DNA of 63,918 nucleotides, filler included, from Perkinsus olseni (Eukaryota): NCBI GenBank assembly GCA_013115125.1. It is 3 parts of 3 records of this genome, joined end to end, with 100 filler letters (N's around TTAATTAATTAA, not from the genome) between each part and the next. Parts side by side here need not be neighbours in the genome. Positions count along the whole stretch, not along the records: positions 48,223 to 63,918 come from JABANN010000695.1; 2 more parts are not named here. One strand, 5' to 3'. Shown piece by piece: positions 49,354 to 62,765 of this stretch (position 1 is its first letter; each line of letters starts with the position of its first letter). The notes under the pieces were generated by a model. It saw only the letters and a program-made list of their open reading frames with translations, ran no database searches and was not told where the DNA came from. The position numbers and the translations under genes were made by a program.

Positions 49354-52300
49354 TCACACGTCCAGATCGCTGCTTTCCATCCCCGACGATTCCTCCTCGG
49401 ATACTTCCTCATCGTAGTCGGAGCCTTCGGGGTCGGAGCCCTCTGGATCAGATCCGTCTTGTTCATCGCTAGGTCTAAACCAGAATGTCCACCCCGAAAC
49501 ACTTGGCACCCGCCAACTACTCTTCATCATCCTCATCCATGCTATTCGCGACATTTGTCATGCGGTTGACAAGGTCGGCTATCCTCTCCAGCGTGTTTTG
49601 TAGCTAACAGGATAGAGCGGTCGGTCGAAAACCCCTACCATCACATCACCATGGTTGGCCACGAGTCCGACAGTATCGGTGTGGAGCCCCGATCGCGAGC
49701 TCCCAGATGGACCAACATTCCCTAAGATGAGACGCAGTGTCGTCACATGTTATACTCGTGCTGTGAGTACAGGACTTGAGTTTGCTGTTCTATTCCACTA
49801 GCGAGGGCGTCAAACTCGTCCATCGCTTGCTCTCCCAGAGACCGGGAGCGCTCCAAACCCTCGGCCAGAGCTCCTTCTCCGCTTCTGGAGGCCGCAGTAT
49901 CCGCCGCTGGCGTACCTGGACGTGTATACCCGGGTGCCCATGATGTCGAAGGCATCACTCAGCGTTCCAACGATGCTTCGAAACCGTCCAAGGAAGTCGA
50001 ACACATCCGCCACATTAACTCGTCCACTCTGCAAAACCTAAAACGAGAGCTGTCCGGCTGAACTGAGCCAGAGTGTCTGTGCTGTACCTTGTCCAACTCA
50101 TCTTCGAATTGCAGCAACGATGGCCGTCGATCTCTTAGCTGCTGCACCAGGTACTCGATAAGCGAGATGTGCTCCCCCTCGATGTTTACAAGGTCGAAAA
50201 CAACGGACAGCCTGAGGGAATGTATGGTTGTTCTGCGCGTCGGCAGCCAAGATGACTTCAATCCTTGAGCAGCCCCGCCTTCTCGATCGCTCTCTTCACT
50301 TTTAAGAGCGCGGCCAACCTTCACAATCACCTGCAAGGATGCACAACGTAGCCGCCCTCCCTGAAACGACGCCGTGACGGAGCTACCGACCTGCAGTATG
50401 GTCGACAGCTTCTGGCTCTCCCTCAGCTGCCGAGCTGCCTCCAGAACCAGTTTTAAATCATCGAGGACCCTGTCCTTTTCTGAGCTTGTACAAAAATAGT
50501 TCACGTACCTTCAACAGGCTCCCTCAAAAACGCTGTCACTCTGCGCAGCCGTCTGACGGATCCTACATGCAGTGCAAGCGCAACTGAATCGTAGACGACA
50601 GATCGCGCACTGCAGTTGCGTAGTCCAACAGCTCAGGATTTGATCGCGCTAGCTGCAGGTCCCGGCCCAATGGGGCGCACCAGGCATCAGTGTCCCACAT
50701 TGAGCTGCATAACGTTGGATCATCGAGAGACCTACTTGGTCACCACTCAAAGAGAAGAGGAACCCTCCATCTTACAGGAATAGAAACGCCTCGTACCATT
50801 CGTCCTGAGTCAGCTGTTCATCACCGTGCTTCATGTACTCTTCGAGACGCCGGAGGTGTCGGCCTAGATCCCAGTTCACACTGTCGACCGGAACTGTGCA
50901 CCTTGCGGCAGCAACCGTCACGTCCATCGCCAGCAAAAACCAGCACCCACTCGAAGTAGCCGATGAGTTGACCCTTCGCATTCAACGCGTCCACTCCGAC
51001 GCTGTTAGAACCGAGACGGACTTTGGCGACCGTGAGGATGCCCTTGCTGTCTCTAGACCCGCTCGACAACGGACCTTTGAGCTAGCTGATTCGAACGTGC
51101 TGCGTCGATAAAGTCGCTACCATGCAGAGTGGTGACGAGGCACGGGTTCACGACCATAGCGGCGGCCTCTCCCACTCGGACCGGTGTTCCGTCGTGTTTT
51201 ACCAAGGGCAGCTCTGGCTTCGGCCGGCCGGATGATCGGAACTGCTATCGCGACCGGCCGCAAGAAGAAAGCTCATTCGAGTAAGCTCACGTCTATGGGC
51301 CACACAGGCGACCCCGAGGCATCAATCTGCGGCAGCGGTATCTCATGCGCCGCTAGCAGTGCAGCTGCAGCAGGATTGACTCCCCAGCCAACACCGTCCG
51401 GGGCTGGCAACTGTATGACAGGGAGCTCTATGGGTTGCCGGTCGACCTCTGAGGTTTATCGACCTCGAGGGTGCTGGGGAATCGACGACCGAATTCCCAC
51501 CAAGCTTAGTGAACTCTGCCTCTGGCGCTATTGTCCCGTCTCCTTTAAGAGATAGATCGGCGATGATACGTTTCGCTCGTTCTACCGCCTGTCTCGAAGA
51601 GTATGAGCCCCACGGATGAACAAAAGAGTCACCTCCGTAGCTAGGACGCTGTCAGTGTGCTTGGGGCCTAGCTCTCTTATTCTTATAGCCCGAGCGGCCG
51701 TGAGAAAGCCGACGGCAGATTGCGAAGGCGGCTGCTGGAGAGCACACAGCGCCAACCCCAGGCTGTACCTGTCGACCAGCGGAGGCACCGATATCCTCAA
51801 TCGTGGTTTTCGAGCACTTCACGTCGGCCACTGGGAGACTATCGAGCCCAAATAAAGCCTCTCTTATGGCCAAGGCCTTGTGAAGGTGCTTGACTGCAAG
51901 GCCAGGGTCTGAGTGAAATCTGAGGTGGACTGGAATGCAGAGATCGGACGACGACCTTGAAGGTGTCTAGCCAGGAGCGCCACATTGCAGTGACTATCTG
52001 CTACGTGGAGGCTGGGGTAGGGCAGGAGCTTCTCTCGGATGGCCAAACACTTGCGAGCCAGGACCTTCGTGCACTCGTGGGAACATCTCAGACAGTGAGC
52101 TACGACTCACGAGAGCATCCGATAGATGCTCACCGCTGCTGCCCGACTCGCCACTGCGTTTCAGTTGAAAGCAAGCAACCTGCGCAAGCCTCACTTGAGA
52201 CAGCTGAGGAGGCCGACTGCGCTCACCAAGTTGAAGGCGTCCCCAGCAGCAAGGCTCTCAGCTCCGAACCCTCGCGTCACTGTGGTTATATATCTAATCT

Positions 52301-53265
52301 GCATCGGCGGGCAAGCGTTCCCACGAGCTTCCTCGCTACTTCTGGTAGTAAGCCTCGGCTTCCAAGTGTTTACCATACATCTCGCAGATCTCAGCTATGT
52401 TACATTCAAGACTGGCCCGAACATGCAGTGGCAAGTTGGCAATCGTGGCAGTCTTCTCCCCTCCGACCACGGGGTACTGATGCAAATCCCGCTGCCTACG
52501 ATGCGGCATCGAAAAAACCGAGTCTAATTCTTAAAAAAACTTCCAAACTTCGAAAAAGGCTTCCACCCGGCAGAGTCTATCAGTCCGGAAAACCCTTCGA
52601 GCGCCCACTCACAGCAAGCATTAAGGTATCCACAAAGCCGGCCCCAAGATCATGCTGGCTGCTAGCTGCATAGGCGCGAGACAGCAACAGCAACTCGACC
52701 AAGGCGTCCCCTGCCGAGTTCGCTGCCCCAGTTGCGTCGCGGAGCGCTTGCTTAGCGTTCACGATGGCATCGTCATACCTGAGGCTCTCAGGCTGAGCGA
52801 CTGAGCTTCTTCGAGGGTAACCTGCACATCTCCCCACCGTACCTTGCATTGCGAAACGCGAGAACAGCAGCGGTGCGGTGACTACGTCTCAAGCTGGCCG
52901 AGTTGCTTCGACCCCCGGAGGCCGAGTTTCTCCTCTCGTCTGAGGCAAGTCAGAACCCCACCATGATGGCTGCGTGGAGAAAGGGGCGCTTGCGTCCTTC
53001 ATCAGTCGGTCACTCACTAGTTACTGGACTTGTGTGGCGCGCAGCTCCTCGGAATTCGACCTCCCGGTAGCTCTGCATCAGAGCCGCAAGGTCTATTTCC
53101 CCCGAGCCCGCAGAGTCCATAACACCGAACAGCTCATAGGGTGCCACCTAAATAGAGCCTTCCGAACACAAAGGTCTCGGCCAATCCCGGGGACAAGGCT
53201 GAGCAACAGCTCACCCCCGGTGGGAGGACGCTCTGTCGACCAGGAACGTCGCCAGGACGCATCAT
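49354..53265 (-). CDS. TPR-repeat protein with a divergent FH2 (formin)-like C-terminal region
   Basis: KLC-type TPRs (LAIREKLLPYPSLHVADSHCNVA; ARAIRIRELGPKHTDS); FH2-like AARQLRESQKLSTILQVIVKVGRAL..GAAQG..SLIEYLVQQL..LLQFEDELDKV; acidic tail. The start and single-gene continuity are uncertain. Confidence 0.55.
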
Positions 53266-53512
53266 CGCTATCGTGTTTTTGAACTCCTCAAGGTTCATCT
53301 TCCCGTCATAGTGATGCCCGAACCATTCAGCAGCTGCTCTGAATGAACCGAATCGCTGCAGTAGACCGTATCGAAGGACCTGCCATGTCTGCTCGGCAAC
53401 GGCAGATCAGGAGGAGCTACCAGCAGGGCCTGGTCTATCCCCACGACCGGAGGCTTCACAGGGATCCTTCCGTCTGCTTTCGCCTTCCTAACAGCTTCAC
53501 GGCCTCCGTGCT

Positions 53513-55277
53513 CTATAACCGATCCAGGTCGCGTTCGGGGAACAGCAGCAACAGGTGAAGCCCGTGTTGATGACCGTGGCATATTCTTTCTCTCGTTTCC
53601 CGTGGCGGAGGATCGCCGAGCCCCCAGTCCCTGAGCGCGAACTCGAACATAAAGACGGAAATGGCTGTTTCCCGCTCGTCTAGGGAAGCTAGTAACAGCG
53701 GGCGCGGTGGTCTCCCTCCTGCCTTGCACTCAACGCCATGACCTCGTCGCCAATCGAGCCTCTGGCACTCCTCGCCACAGTAATAGGCCTGCTCACAGAG
53801 CCTGCAGCAAAGCGTTGTACCTGATGATGATGCCCTCCGAGACCAGCGATTTAGCCAGGATTGCACCCGTGCCACAGACTCTGCATTTATATTCGACATT
53901 GGAGTCGGCCATTACATCAGCTTCACCTGCCCAAGAGCCGTGAGTCAAAACCGCCACACAATCCTGGGGCCTGCCCAGGTGGACTTTCAACAGAGCCGAG
54001 GACGGGAGAAAATGCGCATAAGCCAGAAGAACGGGATTGCGCAACAGGACCAGCAGCAGCAAAACGTGTTCGAAAACGATCCACTCCATGCCTCGTCGTT
54101 ATTTCAGTCTAAGACATGCACCGCCCAGAGAGACTGAAGCAGTCAATTCCTCAGATGAAGGCTTGCTTGTCCGGCAACAGCAACGAGAACCTTCTTGATT
54201 TGGCACGTCCTTGATCTAACAGTAAGTGGATCGATGGGGGCCCAGCTCCAAACTGGCTTCCGAGCCACATCTCCTCTAATTCTCAGAAATAGCGCATGAA
54301 GTGAAATCAAAAACAGGAATGAGGACACGCAGCTTCCTCGACGCGGACTCGAGAAGCCAGAACCGTCCATTTGCTTGGGCGAAGATCCTGCAGCCTCTGA
54401 GGCCGGCAGACAAAGGAAATATGCCGGTGATAGTCTTCGTCGCCACGTCAACCCTCCACAACCGCATACCGGCTGCTCCACGTGAGAATCCACAGAGCCA
54501 AGCGAGACGCCTCGAATTGTCCACGTCAAGCCAGCCCACCGCGAAGTCGACCGTGGCAACGGTTCTGCGACCGACAGCGGAGGTCCACAGCACCAGTTCG
54601 GATTCAGGGTTTCTCTTCAACTGTGTTTGGATCCATAAGAGCTCCGTAGTGCCTTCATGGGAGGTGGCCACCAGAGACTGATATTCTCCCCTGGCGCGAT
54701 GAACCACGCGGCTCGCGCCTACATCATCACGGACATCAATGCGTACCACTCCTTCCGCATCTTCCGTCAACGACAGGCAATAAACGAATCCATCACCACA
54801 GCAGCAGACCGAGAACAACGCACCAACTCTCTCCGCCTCTAGGACAGACCGGATGCGATGCCCTTGGTGCTCTGCAATGGCAAGAGGAGCATCTCGAGAT
54901 TCCCACTCGTGGACAAGGTAGAGCAATCTGCGCGTGTTGTCAACGAGTACCAAGCAAACGCTGAGTGGGTCCACGCACATATGAGAGACCGTCAATGGTG
55001 CATCAGTGTATCCCAGTACTGTGCAGCAGTCTTCTAAATCAACTTTTCTGAACTCGAGACGGCCACCAGTCGGGCTGACCCAGGCAAGACCGTCAGCCCC
55101 AGGCATTTTGCACGGGAGAAGTCCGATCGGGCCGGCAATGGTATCAGAGACGCTGAAGCCCTCTACCGCGGGCCAGGCGAACAGGCAAATCTCATATCGG
55201 TACTCCACGCGAGCAAGCCAATCGAGTAGCAATGCAGCTCTCTGACGCTCCTCAGGCGAGGCGAGCATCAGAAACAA
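53513..55277 (-). CDS. MYND zinc-finger protein with an upstream beta-rich (propeller-like) region
   Basis: CRVCG...CRLCEQAYYCGEECQRLDWRRGHGVEC is a zf-MYND; it follows a 333-aa beta-strand-rich ORF on the same strand. Confidence 0.6.
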
Positions 55278-55381
55278 CTACACAGCGCCACTGCCTTCGC
55301 GCTGCATCAAGCTGAGTGCCAGCCCCGACCCATCAACACGACACCTCTGGGAAAGTCGAAAACAAAAAAATACACCAGACA

Positions 55382-56553
55382 CTATTCAGCCTCTCCTCTC
55401 TTCTTCTTCTCACCACTTCCCCCTGAGCCCTTGGACGCCGCTCTCTCCGTAAGATACGCTTGGTACCTGCGTCAGCAACACCTCGAGCTGGCTGAGAAGA
55501 CCATCCGGCAGATTACACTAAAATTGCAAACGCTGCATTGATGACGAGGTCACTGAGATTCCAAGCGAGGTAGTAGCTGCTCCAATGGTCGGGGTAGCCA
55601 CCAGTGATATCGACGTAATCGACGACTGCGCCCAACAGTATCCGATCGAGCCCGTTCCTGAGAGAAGAGAATGCAGCACATCTGGCTGATGATCGACGAG
55701 GACCTACCCAATGGCGCCGATCATGAAGGTGAACACTCCAAGCTTATTCAGCCGAATCGCATCCCGCTTGAAGAAAAAGTACACGAATGCTCCAACCACC
55801 AAGAACACCGAGCTCGCCATCATGAGCCGATACATATCCCGGTTGAGGCCTCGGGCGAAGCTGAAGGTACGAAGGACTCCTGTGGCTGCGTATAATCCGT
55901 AATCGGGTGACTTGTGCGTTCGCGGCAGTTGGGAGGATGCCCCTGAGCGGGGACCTGCTCCTCACCTGAAGGCTGAATGACGATTCTCTACATAGCACAA
56001 GTGGAAGGAGATAACCGGAGCGAGACTGAGGAAGAGATCCGATCTGTCCAGCGGGCTGCGGCGGAGGGTCCTACATGTCGGTTATGAGCCCCTCGGGATG
56101 GTGTAGATGAGCGAGGTACTTGAAGGAAAACTCCAAAGCAAGGAAGAGGCCACCAACGATCCACCATTTGAGGGGATAGCCCAAGCCAACACTGTCGTCA
56201 GCCTCAGAGGCCTCAACGTGTCCTAACGCGAGACAAGCGGCACGATGAGCGATCTCGGACTCGCAAACAACCAAAAGGAGATATGGGAGAGCTACACTGC
56301 ACAGCTGGCATTTTCTCAGGATTCACCGAGCCGTGGGATGCGATAAAACGTGATTCGACTAGATAGACCAGCAGACCCCTAAGGGCCAGGCGCTGCCTCA
56401 GAATTCAGTCCAGCTGCTGGAAAACTGAAAAGAGTCCGACAGAGACCACCTCGGGAAAGCCTCACCAACGGGAATGTCGCCAGAGGGGGTCTCCGAAGCT
56501 TCTGCTGGACCATCAGCACGGCGACGGAGTGAGGGCTCGTCTGTAGTAGGCAT
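55382..56553 (-). CDS. lspA: Lipoprotein signal peptidase II (peptidase A8) homolog, intron-containing
   Basis: Spliced: ...WWIVGGLFLALEFSFKYLA...ILAPVISFHLCYVENRHSAFS...FTFMIGAIGNGLDRILLGAVVDYVD...YLAWNLSDLVINAAFAIL. This has the LspA motifs DQxSK-like, NxGxAF-like, GAxGNxxDR, VVD and FNxAD-like, with four hydrophobic segments. The last-exon frame is ambiguous. Confidence 0.8.
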
Positions 56554-56672
56554 AGGCCAAACAGCTACCGGAACGAGAGAAGCGTGCGATCCAGATTCGA
56601 TGAAGGCTCAATCCACAGGGAACGCAAATGAGCTTCTTGTATACTGACAACGTGTGCTTGACGAAGTAGCGA

Positions 56673-59600
56673 CTACCAGGCCTTGAAAAAGGCGATAAAC
56701 TTCTGCCAGACATCACTCGTGGCAATGCCAATGATGAGTCCACTGCCAAGGAGAAGAAAGAGGATGCCCGTTGTCCCCAGGAAGTAGATGGCAGCAGCGC
56801 CGCCAACGACGAGGCACAGCAGTGTCAACCTGAGAGGAAAGCATGCGCGCATCATCTCAAGCCGTTACATCAGCACTGACCAGCAAGAAATCACAATAGC
56901 AACCCTCAGGAACGATCCCGAAATCAAAACACCGGCGGCGACTCACATTCCCTCCTTGCTTGCAACCAGCTTGAGCACCGCATCAAATACCGATTTCCTC
57001 GGGTCGTCGAGGCACACCCCTATGTGCTCCTCCAGCGGAGTGAACAATATATCACCCAGAGCCAAATCTGTGAAAAGCTGGGGGACCCTCGTCTCTGGAT
57101 CTGACATTAGAAAATGGTGCCCTGCAATTCAAGAGAACAGCACTCGACAACTCCTACCTTTCAGCGTGGCGTATCGTTGAGTCTCGTATTCGAGAACCAC
57201 AGCATCACCTGAATGCGGCAGATGTGGCAAGGGGCGACTGCGTTGATTTTCCTATGAAGAGCTTCGCTCCGCCTACCATATTTTTCCGCACACTCCTCGC
57301 CTCCCCAGCCCAGTTGGACATCTATATCGACATCCGAAGGGTCAAACTTCCTAAAGGTTGCCTTCTGCTCTCTTAGAGACTTCACTAACTCGTCAGCTCG
57401 GTCCTCGGGCACAGAAGGTGCCATCAGTACACAGTACCTAAAAAAGACGTCGCCATCCGAAACGACACTCAGCAACGCAGAACACACACGCGACGCTCCT
57501 CGAGTAAATGGTGTAAGTCAACAACTCACTACTACCACACCTTTCGACACCAATCGTGCCTCCCCTCCCGACCTTATCCAGTCTTACACTTTCATCGAAT
57601 CAGATATGCTCTTCGCTGGTCTACAAAGCTGTTTAACATTGAGCTGGTTGATTTCCAGTGGTACTTCCCTGAGCATCTCCGACAATGTTTCCTCGATTGT
57701 CTTGGTACTCAGGTGCCGAGCCGTCACCTCATGCCCGTCATCTGACACGATCGATATCAAAAGTCGTGAGCTCCGAACAGCGCCAGCTGATCCAGGAGAG
57801 CTCGCTAGGGTGATGACGAGATCAATCAGCAACTTAAGGACCGGAAGTTCTGGGAAGCCCATGAAAACACTTGGGGCCCTAAGTTGTCGCAGAACAACGA
57901 TTGGTGTGGTATGGCGCGGCAGGAGAGACCAAGGCGCTGACACCGAAGGCGAACGGTGTAAGGTGCAGCAAGCCCCCCATCCTACAGAACAGTTTGGCCA
58001 CAATGTCATTGCGGCGTGGCAACTGGTGATGGCTGTTCACAACCAAGAAGCTCGCCGCGTGAGAAAACTTGTATCTAAAAGAGCTCAAGCTCTGCCCAGG
58101 CCAAGCCACAAGCAGGAGCCTCACTTACATCGTAGCTTTCAGCAAAGGAGTGGTATGACTGGCTCGCGTATACACCACCATCACTGGACGACCTGCGGGA
58201 CATCCGACTCATAGTCAGCAAGAACCACCGGACGAACTCACTGGTCGCTAACGCCTCCCTTTCCGCAGCTTCAACCGAGCCAGGCGTCCTGTACACTATT
58301 GGCAGCTCATTAAGTATCCACCTGCAGTAGGATTACCGAGCGCCACGAAATCTAGCAACCAGCGACGTTACCTCTTCAATGTCAAAACATTGATGTCAGC
58401 AATGGGCATGAGGCTTGGTGGTATCTCCGGATGGGCTGGCATGAACAGAAATACCGTTGGGGTGGTCCGCGGGGTGATCGGTAATGACTTGAATAGCTGA
58501 GCATGACGAACAACAATACTGTCATTACCATTGCAACAACAGGAACAGGACACAAACACGTGAGTGGAATTACACAAGTACTACAAGGAAGTGTCCAAAC
58601 GAATTGGAGTGAACGATACTCCAGGAAGTGTCCAACCGGGAACGAAAATCGTTCCCGAACCTACCGAGGGAACGATCTTCGACCTCGCCTTCTCGCGAAC
58701 TCCAGCTTTTCGATCCCTGTAAATTTTCAGATTTTTGAAATCGATCAGCCGTTTCGCGCTTCGAACAGGTGTGACTACACTGTCAACGATACATGACACA
58801 TCTAGGTATAGGTATTGAATACGCGGCTTTTCGATTGGTGTACAGCTTATTATCAGATTCGCATTATTTCTCGTGATTCTCTAGCAAAAACGCGGATTCC
58901 AGGGTAAAATTTAAAGTGTATATTCTATTTATATTTGGCAACTTTTTCGAGCTAATTTCCCGGTTCTCGTCTGCCACCGCGAGATGATAGCTAAAACTCA
59001 TAGGGTATCTATAGGGGGATGTACTAGCGTACCCGTAGTCAGCCCGAAACACGTCAAACTGAAAGAGAAATTCCAAAAAAACGCAATATTCTATTTCAAC
59101 TTGGAGGCTCCAAGTTGAAATAGAATATTGCGTTTTTTTGATGGCTCCAAGTTGGAGCCCTGTATATTTATGACTAGTGGCTAAAAATGATAAATATTCT
59201 AATGTCTCCTGCTTATCGGAAGTGGACGATCTGTGAACTCGCACTACCGGCAAAGAAGCTTCACAGAGCGATGAATGGCGATCGGCGATGTTATCAATAC
59301 CCAACCAACCGAGAGCACGACGAGTAGCAACCCAATGAAGCAGCAAGAAGCGTACCCGACCCGTTTATCACCGTGCGGTCTGTCTGAGAGTTGATCCTCC
59401 CAAACTTGATGAATCCCTTCAGGTCACTCGCAACCTCATCCCAAGCCGGCGCGATACTGTGGCAATATTTATCCAAGTCCGAATACACCTGATCAACACT
59501 TCGTACCACTCACCGACCGCTTCATCCGCGCCACCCACCTCAACGACCCAGATATCGACCGAGTGATCCACGATACTATGATAGTTTTCTGTCGTCAGCC

Positions 59601-61967
59601 GAACCGAGTAATCGCTAGGGATTGAATCGTAGCCACCTGTGAGTCGGACATCCCAACGCGGTGGACACCAACTTCCCCAGGTGACCTCTATTGGTGTCAT
59701 AAACTTTCCTCTTATTCTCATCTCCCAAAGTCTCGTAGGCCTTTGCTACGGACTGGAAGCGCGCCAAACAGCTCTCGCAGTCCGGGTTCTTATCCGGATG
59801 CCACTTCATCGCCAACTTCCTGTACGCATTGCGTATCTCCCCGTGTCTAGCCTTGGGGTCAACATTGAGCACCTGAAGCCAATCTCATCACACTCACAGT
59901 CTACAAAGCTTAAGAGTAGATTGTGATTTGTGAAAGTTGTGGTATTATCCTAGTAACACTATGCAACCACTGCGAAGGGCCCGTCGATGTCAAACTTTTG
60001 CACCACAATTCTGCGAACCGTTTAGATTGGGAAGTCTCGTGAGCGCCTGCTGATATCGCGATGAGTTCCACGCCCTTCACTAGTCTTTCCCAGAGCTCTG
60101 GAGATCCGCAAATCCTGCACGAATATCCAGCCGTTCCGAAAAGTGATTTTGAACGCACATTTTTAGAAGCGCCCTGCAGGAGCCATCATACACCGAGACC
60201 TCAGTCGTACGTGGGAGAACGTCAATCTATAGCGCTCAATCACAGGACACCAATTCTTTCGCCTCGATCACCACCTGCGACACCGATGAAGAGAACATCG
60301 GCCTCCTCGCATGCGGTGACAGTCGTAGATTCCCCTTTGTGTATGACCTGATAGTAGTCTTCCTCCTGATCACCAAGCGACCATCCACCCATCTCCTGGT
60401 AGGCCTCCTCTCCCATCTTCAGCATCACCAACAATACGATAATCTGATATGAAACATTCACCTCAGTGCTCACTACGGACGAGTACGAACACACGGTGGG
60501 GTCTCCCGACACTCAACATCACGCAACCATGATCAGGCTCGAGCATGCGGGACGGCCCTGCTGCCATCCAAGCAAGCGATTCCTACTCCTGGTAAGGGAG
60601 TATTGACTTGACGGAAATCCATCCCGAATCCGCCGAATGCAAAGGCCCCATTACCGGTAAGACATAGAGCATCCACTTGCAGTCCGACCAAGTGAACGGC
60701 TGCGGCTCCCGGCGTGTTCCTGAGATACATCCATCCAACCTTCCCCAGATCAGCCTCTTCTCACTCTTCGGCTTTCGCTCAACGCCTTCTGCCGAGGCTG
60801 GTCCCTCATCCTCAGAATCCGATGCCAGAGGTTCCTAAGAGATATCGATCAGACTGGCAGTTCTTAGAGAATCCTCTTCCGCGCTGTGGCAGGCACATCA
60901 GCGACGTAGAAGAGGCGAAGCTCCTGGCTCGCGGCGTACTAGCGAATACGTACGATGATCGGATGCAGAGAAAAGGCCTACATCATCAGCCTGTTCCTCA
61001 GTTCCCTCGACCGCGTCCTTGACGTCGTCGTTTTCCTTAGTTCGCCTCGGTGCCCCACGGAGCCTCTCCTTCTCCTTCTGTCGTAGTCGCCTCTGCTTGC
61101 TCTTGCTCATCTTCTTAGGTCCCTCCTCTGTAGCCTCCTCAGCATGGTCATCTTCAGCGTTTTCACTGACAATAGCACAGCTGCTTCCACGGAGACTACT
61201 ATGCACCAGCCGTCAAGCCGCCAGCACTCAATAGAACCCTCACTCAAGGCGCGCGCAAAGCTCCTTCCGCCCACTACTACCCAGCCTTCTCCACCTCATC
61301 AGCATGCTCCTCCTCCAGTGCCACATCATCCTCGTCACTGATGGCATGCAGGCCCGCCGCTTCCTCTACCATGACAAAGCTGGAATCCGAAGCAGCCTCT
61401 TCAGCCCTGAAAGAAGCTGCCTGACAGCACTCCGAGAGAGATCACGCATACCCTTCCTCCGCAGATTTCTGCTCCTCCCCCGCCCCAGTGTCGGTTTTCT
61501 GAGGAACGGGTATCATGACCGACTCCGAGCAGCTACTGCGCCGATGTTAGCCAGGCGAAAGAGCAGAACGGTATTCCTCGCAGTTTCTGTGAGACACCCG
61601 TACGCACACCAGAAATTTACCTTCTTCCCTCTCTTATTCTTCCGACCCTTCACTCTTCCACTTGGTGGCGGGACAATATCCACTCCGCCGTCGTGCTCGC
61701 CATCTGCCAAAGAGCCCGCTACCCCAGACCACATGATGCCAGGAATGCAGTAAAGACGTTTCGACTCTTTCCTACGGCGATTGCAGATACAACACGGCTT
61801 TACAACACACTCTCCCCTATACCAATCACCTCGCTTGGAGACTCAACTCTGCTACCTTCCCGTGAGCCGTCCGACTGTAATTTAGCCACCAGCTCTGATA
61901 CATCCATCTCCCTTATGTCTTCCTCCCTCTTCGACCCGCCCTTGTTACCGCGCGACTTTTTTGGCAT
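56673..61967 (-). CDS. DnaJ plus thioredoxin-like membrane protein (DNAJC16/ERdj-type) with a long charged N-terminus
   Basis: EDYYQ|VLNV..IRNAYRKLAMKWHPDKN..AKAYETLGDENKRKVYD; Trx-like WVVE|VYSD.DKYCHSIAPAWDEVA; C-terminal TMs. Exons upstream of about 60500 are tentative. Confidence 0.75.
59074..59140. repeat. Perfect palindrome, 33-bp arms with a 1-nt spacer, in an AT-rich intron
   Basis: CAAAAAAACGCAATATTCTATTTCAACTTGGAG-G-CTCCAAGTTGAAATAGAATATTGCGTTTTTTTG. Confidence 0.97.
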
Positions 61968-62765
61968 TTGACAGCAAACAAGTTACAAAAAACACCAACT
62001 GAAGGGGCTGTAGAAAGTACTAACTACCACGCCACACGCGTATCGTGATCTGATCTATCATGAATTCACAACCTCACCTATTGCCTCGCGCAATCCTTCG
62101 ACAAAGTGATTCTCCACATTCTGCGATGCCCCCTAGCCGCCATCACGAATACGAGGTGTCATCGAAAGCAGTAGCGAATTGAACACTCCGTAGGCAGTGC
62201 GACTTCTGCGCACTACTGATTTAGAATACCTACGGCGTTCCGTACACCGAGCTTTAGTCTCCGAATTAATTCCGGAATCACGTGTAACATGTGGATAACC
62301 TATCCGAGGATTCCGCCGTCGTGTCGTCGATGCGTCACATCCGAACGAGGTGAACAAAATTGTAAGATGATAATGAATCGGGGCGTGAGACGCCCCGTCG
62401 CCGAAGAAAGCGTGGGTACGCTCGGTATAGGGAAGAGTATGCAGAAAGATCTTGCAAAATAGTTCGTGACGTAACGAAGAGCCCAACTGCGCTGCAGGTG
62501 TCGCGCGCCACGAAAATATTTCTATGCTGCGTAGCATTGATCTTGCGTGCAGGAGACAGATGATGGGTAAGCATGGCTAATACATCCCCCCCTTAAACAA
62601 TTAGAAATGATCACTGTGAGTAGCATCATGGATCACAATCAGAGATAGACACACAATAGCAACCATTTTAATTCACCTCGTTGTTTCACACTGTGAGTCG
62701 CGTCGGTGGCATTTCGTGCCAGGACATGACCTTTCCTGACTTCAACCCTGATCCGCACGCTATTG

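Noticed and set aside
59455-59480. Thioredoxin-like motif lacking the first Cys (DKYC)
   Set aside because: Degenerate Trx sites are common in DNAJC16/ERdj-type proteins, so this is not unusual.
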